Shown one piece after another: positions 7,937-16,302 of a DNA stretch of 25,132 nt; the first letter of the stretch is position 1, and each line of letters starts with the position of its first letter. The stretch lies in NCBI GenBank assembly GCA_038214755.1, contig JBBQRQ010000078.1:1-25132 (forward strand), given 5' to 3'. The notes beneath the pieces were generated by a model. It had not been told where the DNA came from. It ran no database searches and was given only the letters and a program-made list of their open reading frames with translations. The translations under genes and the position numbers were made by a program. Source of the stretch: Verrucomicrobiota bacterium. GTDB lineage: Bacteria; Verrucomicrobiota; Verrucomicrobiia; Limisphaerales; CANJXF01.

Positions 7937-9142
7937 ATGGTAAGCGTTTTCTCCAACGAGCGGGTGACAAGTCTGTATGTGCATGTGCCTTTCTGCGCGC
8001 AGAAGTGCGAGTATTGCGCTTTTTTTTCCGAGGCGGCGCGCGGAGATACCGTCAACCGCTACGTCAAGGCGTTGGTGCGCGAGATGGAATTGGTCGCCGC
8101 TGATTTAAAACCGAAAACAATTTTCTTTGGAGGAGGAACTCCTTCGCTCCTCAACCTGGCGCAGTGGAAAATAATTTTATTGGCGATGGAACGATTGGAT
8201 TTGTCCAGCGCTGCGGAATGGACGGTGGAATGCAATCCCGCAACGGTCTCCCTTGAGAAAGCAAAATTGCTCCGCGATCACGGAGTCAATCGCATTTCAA
8301 TGGGCGTGCAATCGCTGGACGCCACTTTGCTGGAACGACTCGGCCGCGTTCACAGTCGCGAAATGGTTTTCAAATCGTTCGACACATTGCGCGCCGCCGG
8401 ATTTGACAACATCAACATCGATTTGATGTTCGCCATTCCAGGCCAGACGATGCGCATCTGGAAAGAAACTTTGGCCGAGGCGTTGGCGCTGGGCAGTGAA
8501 CATCTTTCCAGTTACGAGGTGATTTACGAGGAGGACACGCCGCTTTACGAAAAATTGCAGGCGGGCCAGTTCGCCGTCGATGAAGAATTGGCCTGCGCCA
8601 TGTATGATGAACTTTTGCGCGCGACAGCCGAAAATAATTTTCAACAATACGAAATTGCCAACTTCGCGCGATCCGCAAACGGAGCGACAGAACTCCATCC
8701 ATCCACCACTCCAGCCATCCACCAATCCATTCCCACCTTCGCTTGCCGGCACAATGTGAATTATTGGCGAGGCGGTTCGTTTTATGGTGTGGGGCCGAGC
8801 GCGGCGGGTTACGTTCGTGGAGTGCGCGCGAAAAATTGGGCCAACACGATTTTGTATTGCGAGCAACTCGAAAAAGGACAACGCGCCATCGAGTCGCGCG
8901 AAGAATTAAGTCCGCTGTCGCGCGCAGGAGAGATTGCGGCGTTCGGTTTGCGGATGAATTCCGGCTGGCCATTGGTGGAATTCAAGCAGCGAACCGGATT
9001 TGACCTTGAACAAGAATGGAAAACGGAAATCGCGCGGTTGATTGACCTGGACTACGCGCATCTCGATGGGAAAAAATTTCAGCTTACCTCGCGAGGCTTG
9101 CGCTATGCCGATTGGGCAGCGGAACAATTTCTCAGAATTTAA
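7937..9142 (+). CDS. hemW: Radical SAM heme chaperone HemW
   Basis: LYVHVPFCAQKCEYC, FFGGGTPS, NRISMGVQS, YEIANF and HNxxYW (HNVNYW) motifs. ATG 7937 preferred over the ORF-caller start at 7748. Confidence 0.92.
   Translation: MVSVFSNERVTSLYVHVPFCAQKCEYCAFFSEAARGDTVNRYVKALVREMELVAADLKPKTIFFGGGTPSLLNLAQWKIILLAMERLDLSSAAEWTVECNPATVSLEKAKLLRDHGVNRISMGVQSLDATLLERLGRVHSREMVFKSFDTLRAAGFDNINIDLMFAIPGQTMRIWKETLAEALALGSEHLSSYEVIYEEDTPLYEKLQAGQFAVDEELACAMYDELLRATAENNFQQYEIANFARSANGATELHPSTTPAIHQSIPTFACRHNVNYWRGGSFYGVGPSAAGYVRGVRAKNWANTILYCEQLEKGQRAIESREELSPLSRAGEIAAFGLRMNSGWPLVEFKQRTGFDLEQEWKTEIARLIDLDYAHLDGKKFQLTSRGLRYADWAAEQFLRI
8692..8731 (+). repeat. Five tandem 8-mers (nnTCCAnn) inside hemW
   Basis: actccatc catccacc actccagc catccacc aatccatt. 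Confidence 0.7.
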
Positions 9143-9307
9143 CTCCAGACCCGAAAACTGAATCGAACAGAAGAAAACAAAGACAACAAAGGATTTTCGA
9201 CGATTTCGATTGGGCTGAATTTATGCAATGCCGGATTGGCGCAAGGACTTCTATCTTCGTTTTCTTCGCTGGCTTGTGTGAACTGACTTCGGGAATTGAG
9301 GATTTAA
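9139..9307. repeat. Degenerate inverted-repeat element with ~9-mer arrays between convergent stop codons
   Basis: Left ttaactccagacccgaaaactgaatcgaacagaagaaaacaaagacaacaaag versus right cttcgttttcttcgctggcttgtgtgaactgacttcgggaattgaggatttaa; loosely complementary, TTAA at both ends. Confidence 0.55.
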
Positions 9308-10083
9308 TTATTCGGCAACGGAGGCAGTGGGGGTAATTGCGTGCCGGTCTGCCTGGAATGTTCCTGTTGAGCTTCCATCATAAATCGCTGGGTGACGGGA
9401 TCGACGGGCGGTTCCGCCGGAGGAGCGATTTGCGGATTCACTCCCATCGAAGGCAACCGAACGGTTCGGCTCGGAATATTTCGCAAACCACTTTCCATTG
9501 GTTGACCAAAACCTTGGGCCCCGGAAGGCGTTCCTCCCGCCACGGTGACGGGTCTACCGGTATAAGACGGATTCGCATACGAATTGGCGGTTGGTGTCTG
9601 CGGGGCACCCGCGATGACAGGGGGCGGAACAAAAGACGCCGCGCCTGGTGCCGCACCCGCCGCCGGGGCCGCGCCTGCCACGGCTTTGGGTGAATTATTT
9701 TTTAAGGAAAGAGTCATGGGATTTCCCGAATTCAAAATTTTCACCTCGCCCTCTTGTTCCGAAATGCTGACGACTTCTAAAAAGTCCTGTCGAACGTTTT
9801 CCTCCAGGCTCACATATAGCGGCAAATCTTTTCCCCCAGCTTTCGGTTGAATGACGAACCACGCTTTTTTCCGGCCATCAATGTTCGAGATCCCTGAGAG
9901 GAGGATGCTTCGGTCCAGCGCGGGATCAGGTGCCGGCGGGACAACAACAGGAGGCGGCGAGGTCAGGCGAAAAATATTTCGCTCCACAATCGTGTTGTAA
10001 CGAGTGTCGGGAACGACGGCTTGGATACTAAATTCCAACCCAAGAGCACCCAGCAACAGCACTGTTTTTCCAATCTGTTTCAT
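9304..10083 (-). CDS. Exported hypothetical protein, GspC/PilP-like beta domain with Pro/Ala-rich tail
   Basis: N-terminal signal-like segment; YNTIVERNIFRL, then LLSGISNIDGRKKAWF...LEVVSI..GEVKI; low-complexity C-terminus. Fold assignment is inference. Confidence 0.6.
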   Translation of the reverse strand: MKQIGKTVLLLGALGLEFSIQAVVPDTRYNTIVERNIFRLTSPPPVVVPPAPDPALDRSILLSGISNIDGRKKAWFVIQPKAGGKDLPLYVSLEENVRQDFLEVVSISEQEGEVKILNSGNPMTLSLKNNSPKAVAGAAPAAGAAPGAASFVPPPVIAGAPQTPTANSYANPSYTGRPVTVAGGTPSGAQGFGQPMESGLRNIPSRTVRLPSMGVNPQIAPPAEPPVDPVTQRFMMEAQQEHSRQTGTQLPPLPPLPNN

Positions 10084-10146
10084 AGCGTGAATATATCCGA
10101 TAGGCTGATGAACACCAATGGCAATTCAAAGTTGCGCCAAACTGCC

Positions 10147-10323
10147 AAATCCGAAATCCGAATCCCCGAAATCCGAAAGAAATCCGAAATCCGAATACCG
10201 AAATCCGAAAACGACTTCCTGCCTGCGCCAGGAAAAGCGCTTTGCCATCCCCAGAGTTCCGCAACACTTTCGGCCTTCGGGCTTCGGATTTCTTTCGGAT
10301 TTCGGCTTTCGGCCTTCGGATTT
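10147..10323. repeat. Inverted pair of heptamer (AAATCCG-type) tandem arrays
   Basis: Left arm 10147-10210 (aaatccg)n; right arm 10268-10323 (cggattt/cggcctt)n. The core gaaatccgaaagaaatccgaa is present in both arms. Confidence 0.9.
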
Positions 10324-11347
10324 AATACGCCGCCTGCGCCCCTTTGGTCGAACGCTTTTGCATCCACGGCATCATGCTGCGCAACCGCGCGCCGACTTTT
10401 TCGATCGAATGGTTCTCACCTTTTTTCAGGAGCGCGTTGTATTTTTTGTAACCGCCTTCGTATTCTTTGATCCAACCTTTGGCGAACTTTCCCTCTTGAA
10501 TATCTTTCAATGCGGCCTTCATTCTTTTCTTCACACTGGCGTCGATAATTTTTGGCCCCATCAAAACGTCGCCCCATTTCGCCGTCTCAGAAATCGAGAA
10601 ACGCATTCCGCTGATGCCCGCTTCGTTGATCAAATCGACGATCAATTTCAACTCATGCAAACACTCGAAGTAAGCCATCTCCGGCTGATAACCCGCTTCA
10701 ACCAAAACTTCGTAGCCCGCCTGGATCAACGCCGTCGCGCCGCCGCACAGCACCGTTTGTTCGCCGAACAAATCTGTTTCGGTTTCCTCCTCGAAGGTCG
10801 TTTCGATCACGCCTGCGCGAGTACCGCCGATTCCCTTCGCCCAGGCCAAGGCGATTTTTTTGGCCTGCTTGCTCGGATTTTGATAAACCGCGATCAACGA
10901 AGGAACTCCTTTACCTTCGAGATATTGACGGCGAACGATGTGTCCCGGCCCTTTCGGCGCGACCAGAATCACATCGACCTCTTTCGGGGGAACGATCGTT
11001 TTGAAATGAATGGAAAAGCCGTGCGAGAACAAAAGTGTTTTCCCTTTTTCCAAATTGGGCGCGATGTCTTTTTGATAGGCTTTCGGCTGTTTCGTGTCGG
11101 GAATGGCGACGAAAATAACATCGGCGCGCCGCACCGCTTCAGCCGTGGTCACGACTTCAAACCCGCGCTCTTTCGCGACCGGAATCGATTTGCTCCCCTC
11201 GTAAAGTCCGACGATGACGTTACAGCCGCTCTCCTTGAGGTTGAGCGCGTGGGCGTGGCCTTGCGAGCCGAAGCCGAGCACCGCCAGAGTTTTTCCCTGG
11301 AGAACATTGAGGTCCGCGTCTTTGTCCGAATATACTTTGGCAGGCAT
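10322..11347 (-). CDS. ilvC: Ketol-acid reductoisomerase
   Basis: [36 protein letters not shown] and [15 protein letters not shown] motifs. Confidence 0.98.
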   Translation of the reverse strand: MPAKVYSDKDADLNVLQGKTLAVLGFGSQGHAHALNLKESGCNVIVGLYEGSKSIPVAKERGFEVVTTAEAVRRADVIFVAIPDTKQPKAYQKDIAPNLEKGKTLLFSHGFSIHFKTIVPPKEVDVILVAPKGPGHIVRRQYLEGKGVPSLIAVYQNPSKQAKKIALAWAKGIGGTRAGVIETTFEEETETDLFGEQTVLCGGATALIQAGYEVLVEAGYQPEMAYFECLHELKLIVDLINEAGISGMRFSISETAKWGDVLMGPKIIDASVKKRMKAALKDIQEGKFAKGWIKEYEGGYKKYNALLKKGENHSIEKVGARLRSMMPWMQKRSTKGAQAAY

Positions 11348-11387
11348 GTGATTTATTTTTTGTTGTTAGAATTGAGTGAGAATTTTT

Positions 11388-11420
11388 AACTTTGAACTTT
11401 AAACCTTAAACTTTGAACTC
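11388..11420. repeat. Heptamer tandem array (AACTTTG-type), single arm
   Basis: aactttg aacttta aacctta aactttg aactc, abutting the ilvN stop codon. Confidence 0.7.
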
Positions 11421-11893
11421 TATTTCCGTGGCAGCGCAACTTTTCCCGTGCGGGTCAATTCCTTCACACCAAACGTCGTCATCAAGGCGAGAAATTTTTC
11501 CACTTTGCTTTCATTGCCGGTGATTTCGATCGTCAAACTTTTCGGCTGCACATCGACAATTTTCGCGCGAAAAATATCGGCGATCTGCATGATTTCCGCG
11601 CGCGTTTTCGCATCGACGCCAACTTTGACCAGCAATAATTCGCGATCTACATATTCGCCTTCCCGGAAATCGCGCACCTCCAGAACGTTCACCAGCTTGT
11701 TGAGTTGCTTGACGATTTGATCGAGCGTCGCGTCATCGCCGCGGGTGACAATCGTCATGCGCGAAGTGTCTGCCTCTTGCGTGGGCGCGACATTCAGCGT
11801 GTCGATATTGTAACCGCGCCCACTGAAAAGTCCGGCCACGCGCGTGAGCACGCCGAATTTATTTTCCACCAGAACTGAAATGGTGTGTCGCAT
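11420..11893 (-). CDS. ilvN: Acetolactate synthase small (regulatory) subunit
   Basis: MRHTISVLVENKFGVLTRVAGLFSGRGYNIDTL ACT domain; RELLLVKV; ELTRTG. Confidence 0.97.
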   Translation of the reverse strand: MRHTISVLVENKFGVLTRVAGLFSGRGYNIDTLNVAPTQEADTSRMTIVTRGDDATLDQIVKQLNKLVNVLEVRDFREGEYVDRELLLVKVGVDAKTRAEIMQIADIFRAKIVDVQPKSLTIEITGNESKVEKFLALMTTFGVKELTRTGKVALPRK

Positions 11894-11914
11894 GATTTTC
11901 CGAAACGGGGCGAA

Positions 11915-11943
11915 AAACTAGCAATGCACTTAGGCGGGGTCAA
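11915..11943 (-). promoter_or_regulatory. Putative sigma70 promoter for ilvN-ilvC
   Basis: Minus strand reads TTGACC-17 nt-TAGTTT, with a TG extended -10. Confidence 0.55.
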
Positions 11944-11986
11944 TTTGCAATTTTGCCTATGAAAATTCGGCTTCCTCTATTGCGCT

Positions 11987-12322
11987 TTACGGCCAGATTT
12001 CTAACACATGCGCGAGAGGGTCTGAACTGAAACTTTCAATATCGCTGTAATTCAGTCGCAGCAATCGCCCAACTTCCGCCACCATTGAATTACCGCAACG
12101 CAGCCAGATTACTTTGGGCGGCGAACCGCGTAGGGAAGAAATATCCGAAAAATCTTTGTCCAGTGACGTGATAATGAATCCATTGGATTTGGCATATTCC
12201 CAAATGACTGGATCGGTAGCGGTGCTGAAGTTCAGAAGGCGCGTTTGCGTGGAATCAGGAAATAGGTCTGCCAGACGCCGAACCAGTTTGTGACTCAAAT
12301 TATGATCGAACAGCAACTTCAT
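11987..12322 (-). CDS. DUF5615 PIN-like toxin (VapC45-like)
   Basis: MKLLFDHNLS, D..IWEYA, IITSLDKDF and PPKVIWLRCGN motifs. Confidence 0.9.
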   Translation of the reverse strand: MKLLFDHNLSHKLVRRLADLFPDSTQTRLLNFSTATDPVIWEYAKSNGFIITSLDKDFSDISSLRGSPPKVIWLRCGNSMVAEVGRLLRLNYSDIESFSSDPLAHVLEIWP

Positions 12323-12548
12323 GCGGCGTTAGCGCAATCGTCGTGTGCTGCTCTCGTGCGGCGGCGTAAGTCAGGCAGGCGCGAATATCCTGATCAGTCA
12401 GATCAGGAAAATCATCGATGATCTCCTGATGCGTCATTCCCGCTGCGATCCAGCCAAGCACATCCCCCACCGTGATCCGCAAACCGCGCACACAAGGTTT
12501 GCCGCCACGTTTGCCAGGTTCAATGGTGATGAAGTTTCGGTAATCCAT
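12300..12548 (-). CDS. DUF433 antitoxin (VapB45-like)
   Basis: ITIEPGKRGGKPCVRGLRITV..VL...AAGMT..EIIDDFPDLT..DIRACL; overlaps the DUF5615 start. Confidence 0.92.
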   Translation of the reverse strand: MDYRNFITIEPGKRGGKPCVRGLRITVGDVLGWIAAGMTHQEIIDDFPDLTDQDIRACLTYAAAREQHTTIALTPHEVAVRS

Positions 12549-12626
12549 AACTGATTTTGAAATTAACATGCCAGGCGTGTGTTGCAAAGCGATGAAGTGG
12601 AAGGCACACAAACAACATGCACCGGT

Positions 12627-13451
12627 CTATTTTCCTAAATTCAATGTCCTTGTTCCATGGCCTTCAACTTCGATTAACACTGTTCGGTCATCAATTTTCA
12701 GACAACGAATTTTTAAAACATCCTCATCAATTTTCACCGTCGCCACTTCTCCTTTTTTGAGGCTCTTTCCATTAATCATCGCCAGTCGATTTTCACCTGA
12801 ACCCATAACACCCTGTAATTTAAACTCAGGTTCTACCCGCGCCGATTTTGTCGGCCTAAATTGTTCTGCGCGCTTTCTTGCTTCTTCCACTTGGTTTGTC
12901 GTCATCTTTAGCGCGAGCCTGTCCGGGTAAACTCTCCAAATTGGGGATTGATTAAGCACGAGCGTGTACCATTTAAAAGCTTCCACGTAATCCCGTTTTA
13001 AATCTTTTCCTTCCTCGTAGAGTTGTCCCAAGAGAATTTGGGACATTGAATGATTTTGATTAGCCGCAAGTTTGGTCCACTTTACGCCTTCTTCGATGTC
13101 CTTTGTGGCACGGGAAGAACCGCCGATGGGCATTTTCCCCAAACTATATTGAGCCTCCGCATTTCCTTGCTTGGCGGCTCGTCTAAACCAAACCACTGAG
13201 TTCGACCACTCAAAATGTGAATAAAATGCTTGGGCCAGTTTGTATTGTGCTTCGGCGTCGCCTTTTTCAGCCGCAGCTTTTATATCCGCCGTTGCTGGAC
13301 TTAGAATTGGCTGAAAGATATTTGCGCTTTGGGAATACAAATGACAAAGAGACAGACTCCATATCACCAAAATAAAACGGGAACTCATAAAAGAATGGTT
13401 CATTTTTTCTTCCGCAACCGTTGTCATCGGCCTATGCCCAGGACAAATCAA
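12627..13451 (-). CDS. Sel1-repeat exported protein with C-terminal GspB/GspC-like domain
   Basis: AEKGDAEAQYKL, AAKQGNAEAQYSLG and DYVEAFKWY Sel1 repeats; C-terminal FKLQGVMGSGENRLAMINGK. True start may be a downstream Met. Confidence 0.8.
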   Translation of the reverse strand: MICPGHRPMTTVAEEKMNHSFMSSRFILVIWSLSLCHLYSQSANIFQPILSPATADIKAAAEKGDAEAQYKLAQAFYSHFEWSNSVVWFRRAAKQGNAEAQYSLGKMPIGGSSRATKDIEEGVKWTKLAANQNHSMSQILLGQLYEEGKDLKRDYVEAFKWYTLVLNQSPIWRVYPDRLALKMTTNQVEEARKRAEQFRPTKSARVEPEFKLQGVMGSGENRLAMINGKSLKKGEVATVKIDEDVLKIRCLKIDDRTVLIEVEGHGTRTLNLGK

Positions 13452-13840
13452 AGTTCTCTCGCCAGATCGCGCGGCAGAATGATTTTCACGCCGCCGATGA
13501 CTCGTCCGTAATAGCGGTCAAAATGTTTTTCGTCGCCCGTAACCAAAAGTTGCGCGCCACACGCCGCCGCGCTGGATAAAATCGGAATGTCCTTGCCGGG
13601 CAAAGTGACTCCGGCTGGCGGTGGCCCAAAAGCATCCGGCACCATTTTGATTTTGGCCATCAGCCGGTTCAAATCAACTACATCCTCGGCGGGAATGTTT
13701 CGTCTAGCTTCCACCAACGCGTAATGCGAAGTGACAAAATTTGCTTTACCGCCCCAGATTAACCTCCACGGCATCCCGGTCGGATCGCCTGCGGCGCTCC
13801 AAAGCACGTTGGCGTCGAGAAAAACGGTTTTTACTTCCAC
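13448..13840 (-). CDS. PIN-domain (VapC-like) toxin
   Basis: VFLDANVL, E.RRN, KD.PIL..A and LVTGDEKHF acidic PIN motifs. Confidence 0.88.
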   Translation of the reverse strand: MEVKTVFLDANVLWSAAGDPTGMPWRLIWGGKANFVTSHYALVEARRNIPAEDVVDLNRLMAKIKMVPDAFGPPPAGVTLPGKDIPILSSAAACGAQLLVTGDEKHFDRYYGRVIGGVKIILPRDLAREL

Positions 13841-14130
13841 GGATGATGTTTGATTTTGTCGGGGCTGAGTCCCATTTTCCGCACGGAATCACGAGCCTGC
13901 TTATATTCATCGCGGCTACAGGCGTTGTTGAGGAGAAACATTGCCTTATCCTCATCGCTATAAACCCGCACTGGCACCGTAGCGGCGGGGCGGATTAAGA
14001 CCCCATCTGGCGTAGGTTCTTGCACCACGTCTGCGCCGTCTTCAAAACCATAAGCCTTGCGAAAACTGGAGGCGATAACCAGGGTTCCTCGTTTGCCGAT
14101 ACTGCTTCTGACTTTTTCCAGCGTTTTCAT
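13831..14130 (-). CDS. AbrB/MazE/SpoVT-family antitoxin
   Basis: IGKRGTLVI...RKAYG..DG.......DGVLIRP swapped-hairpin pattern; overlaps the PIN gene. Confidence 0.85.
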   Translation of the reverse strand: MKTLEKVRSSIGKRGTLVIASSFRKAYGFEDGADVVQEPTPDGVLIRPAATVPVRVYSDEDKAMFLLNNACSRDEYKQARDSVRKMGLSPDKIKHHPWK

Positions 14131-14135
14131 TTAAT

Positions 14136-14164
14136 CAGAATATCAGACATTCTGGCAAAGACAA
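14136..14164 (-). promoter_or_regulatory. Putative leaderless TA promoter with palindromic operator
   Basis: Minus strand reads TTGTCT-16 nt-TATTCT (TGn extended)-6 nt-ATG. Inverted repeat CAGAAT-N7-ATTCTG (14136-14154) overlaps the -10. Confidence 0.55.
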
Positions 14165-14183
14165 GATGGCCGCGCCACTGCAA

Positions 14184-15002
14184 TCAAAAGAACGGATTAT
14201 GCGCCTTTTCCTCCGCCACCGTCGTCACCGGCCCGTGCCCTGGGCCAATCAAAGTTTCTGCTGGCAACGAAAAAATATTCTCGCGCACTTTTTCTTTCGC
14301 CAAATCCCAAGATTGATTTCCTCGCCCAATCGATCCAGCGAAAATCGCGTCGCCTACGATGGCTACAAACGGCGCGTCTTCCGGCCAGTTGCCGACGATG
14401 TAAGTCACGCCATCTTCGGCGTGGCCGGGCGTTTCGCGATTGGTGATGCGCAAATTGTTGAGATGCACAAAATCGTTGGCGCGATTGCGGCTTTGCGGCG
14501 GAGCGGTTTTGGAATTCGAGTGCAAATGCATCTTTGGAAATTTTTCGCGGATCGCGCCCATCGCCGCGATGTGATCGTCATGCATGTGCGTGATGAAAAG
14601 ATGTTTTAGTTGAAGCTCGTTCTCCTCGACGATTTTGAAGATCGGTTGTGCCTCCCAGCCGGTGTCGAACAACGCGGCCTCCCGCGAAATTTCGTCCCAG
14701 ACCAAATAGCAATTCACGGCGTAATCGCGTGTGGTGGTGATTTGACGAAGTTCCCGCCAGAGACTCAAATCCACTTCAACGGGTTGCCAGCCTTTGGCAA
14801 TTTTTTCGAGCTTGGCGGCGTTTAAACCAATCAATGGAGCGAGCGCGGAAAAATTCAGCGGCTTGGAAATTTTTCCCAATTCTTCAAGTGCGGAGAGTTC
14901 CGCTTCAGTTAAAGCCGCTGCTTTCGCGGCGTCGTCGAGCGAAACGTTTTTCATCGCGCGCGCCTTGCGAATGATGTCACCCAAATGATCTTCCAAATTC
15001 AT
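14184..15002 (-). CDS. MBL-fold metallo-hydrolase with N-terminal XRE-like HTH
   Basis: THMHDDH, TPGH, GDAIFAGSIG and PGHGP motifs. N-terminal GDIIRKARAMKNVSLDDAAKAAALTEAELSALE is HTH-like. Confidence 0.88.
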   Translation of the reverse strand: MNLEDHLGDIIRKARAMKNVSLDDAAKAAALTEAELSALEELGKISKPLNFSALAPLIGLNAAKLEKIAKGWQPVEVDLSLWRELRQITTTRDYAVNCYLVWDEISREAALFDTGWEAQPIFKIVEENELQLKHLFITHMHDDHIAAMGAIREKFPKMHLHSNSKTAPPQSRNRANDFVHLNNLRITNRETPGHAEDGVTYIVGNWPEDAPFVAIVGDAIFAGSIGRGNQSWDLAKEKVRENIFSLPAETLIGPGHGPVTTVAEEKAHNPFF

Positions 15003-15048
15003 GCGGCGGAAAATGGCGGTGTCGGCGAAGAGTCGCAAGCGCATTAGC

Positions 15049-15195
15049 GGGTAGCATCTGCCTCCGGCGGGTGCGAAAACCTATTCGATGTTCAACGTTC
15101 GATCCTCGCAATTAAACAACATCGAACGCGGAACCTCGAACCTCCAACGTCGAAATAAGAAGGGTTTTCGCACCCGCCGGAGGCAGATGCTACCC
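15049..15195. repeat. Family B GTAG-REP doublet (REPIN-like) with heptamer-array core
   Basis: Perfect 33-bp inverted repeats gggtagcatctgcctccggcgggtgcgaaaacc (15049-15081 and 15163-15195). Core has ttcgatg/ttcaacg and catcgaa/cctcgaa/cgtcgaa 7-mers. Confidence 0.92.
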
Positions 15196-16290
15196 AGCGG
15201 CGATTTGCGATGTTAATTTTTCCAAAAATTCAGCGGGCCGCGCTTTGGCGTTTGCGAAACTGGTAATTTTTGTCAACGCGTAAGTTGCAGTGAAAAGTTT
15301 TCTTGCCTGGTCGGGTTCGAAAACTATTCCGGCGATTCCGATGCAGGGGATTTTATTTTTTTTGCAGAGCAACGCGATTTGCCCCACGCCTTTTCCCATC
15401 AAAGTTTGTTGATCAATCGCACCTTCTCCGGTGAGAACTAAATCAGTTTTGCGCAATCGTTTTTCCAGATCGGCGGAGCGCGAGAAAATTTCAAAACCCG
15501 ATTCCGGTTCCGCATTCAGAAAAGCCATCAGACCAAAACCGAGTCCGCCTGCTGCGCCCGCTCCGGGAGTTTTTGCAAAATCCTTTTTCAAATAGGCTTT
15601 GGAAATTTGCGCAAGTTTCGCGAGAGCAACGTCGGCCCTCGGCAAATCTTTTTCGCGCAGACCTTTTTGCGGGCCGTAAATGTGAGTCGCCCCGCGCACT
15701 CCCAGCAGCGCGTTTCGCACATCGACTGCGACGGTAATTTCCATTGGCAAATTTTTCGGCGCGCGGATTTGCGTCAATGAATTCAGTTCGATCCAACTTT
15801 CGATTTTCGCGCCATTTCGATTTAGAAATTTCCAGCCGAGCGCGCGCGCCAATCCGAACCCGCCATCATTCGTCGCGCTGCCGCCGATGCCGATGAGGCA
15901 ATGGCGGCAACCCAGTTTTTGCGCGGCGCGAAAAATTTTTCCGAGGCCAAACGTGTCGAGTTGAAACGGATGAAATTTTTTCAGGGGCAACATGGCCAAT
16001 CCGATAACTTTCGCCGATTCGATCACTGCCGTTTTTGTTTTTGGCGCCCACCACCAAATCGTTTCCATCGGTTGATGCACGGCATCGACGGTTTTTATTT
16101 TTTGCGATTTCGCGCCGAGCAATTGGCCGATGATTTCGCCGAAGCCATCGCCGCCATCGCACATGGGAAGAAGTTCGAGCGCGTCGTCCGGGCGCGATTT
16201 TTTCCAGCCACGCGCCATGGCTTGCGCCGCATTCTGAGCGGACAAAGTTCCTTTGAATTTGTCAGGAATGATGAGAACGCGAAGTGGCAT
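15190..16290 (-). CDS. glxK: Glycerate kinase (GlxK/GarK family)
   Basis: PDKFKGTL, DGGDG, GIGGSATNDGG, YGPQKG, PGAGAAGGLG and TGEG motifs. Confidence 0.93.
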   Translation of the reverse strand: MPLRVLIIPDKFKGTLSAQNAAQAMARGWKKSRPDDALELLPMCDGGDGFGEIIGQLLGAKSQKIKTVDAVHQPMETIWWWAPKTKTAVIESAKVIGLAMLPLKKFHPFQLDTFGLGKIFRAAQKLGCRHCLIGIGGSATNDGGFGLARALGWKFLNRNGAKIESWIELNSLTQIRAPKNLPMEITVAVDVRNALLGVRGATHIYGPQKGLREKDLPRADVALAKLAQISKAYLKKDFAKTPGAGAAGGLGFGLMAFLNAEPESGFEIFSRSADLEKRLRKTDLVLTGEGAIDQQTLMGKGVGQIALLCKKNKIPCIGIAGIVFEPDQARKLFTATYALTKITSFANAKARPAEFLEKLTSQIAAG

Positions 16291-16302
16291 GACAAAATAA
16301 TT

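Noticed and set aside
10147..10323. CRISPR array interpretation of this and the other repeats
   Set aside because: Repeats are inverted or short tandem units without regular unique spacers, and no cas genes are present.
10118..11389. 423-aa plus-strand ORF
   Set aside because: Antisense to ilvC; its N-terminus is a translation of the heptamer repeats.
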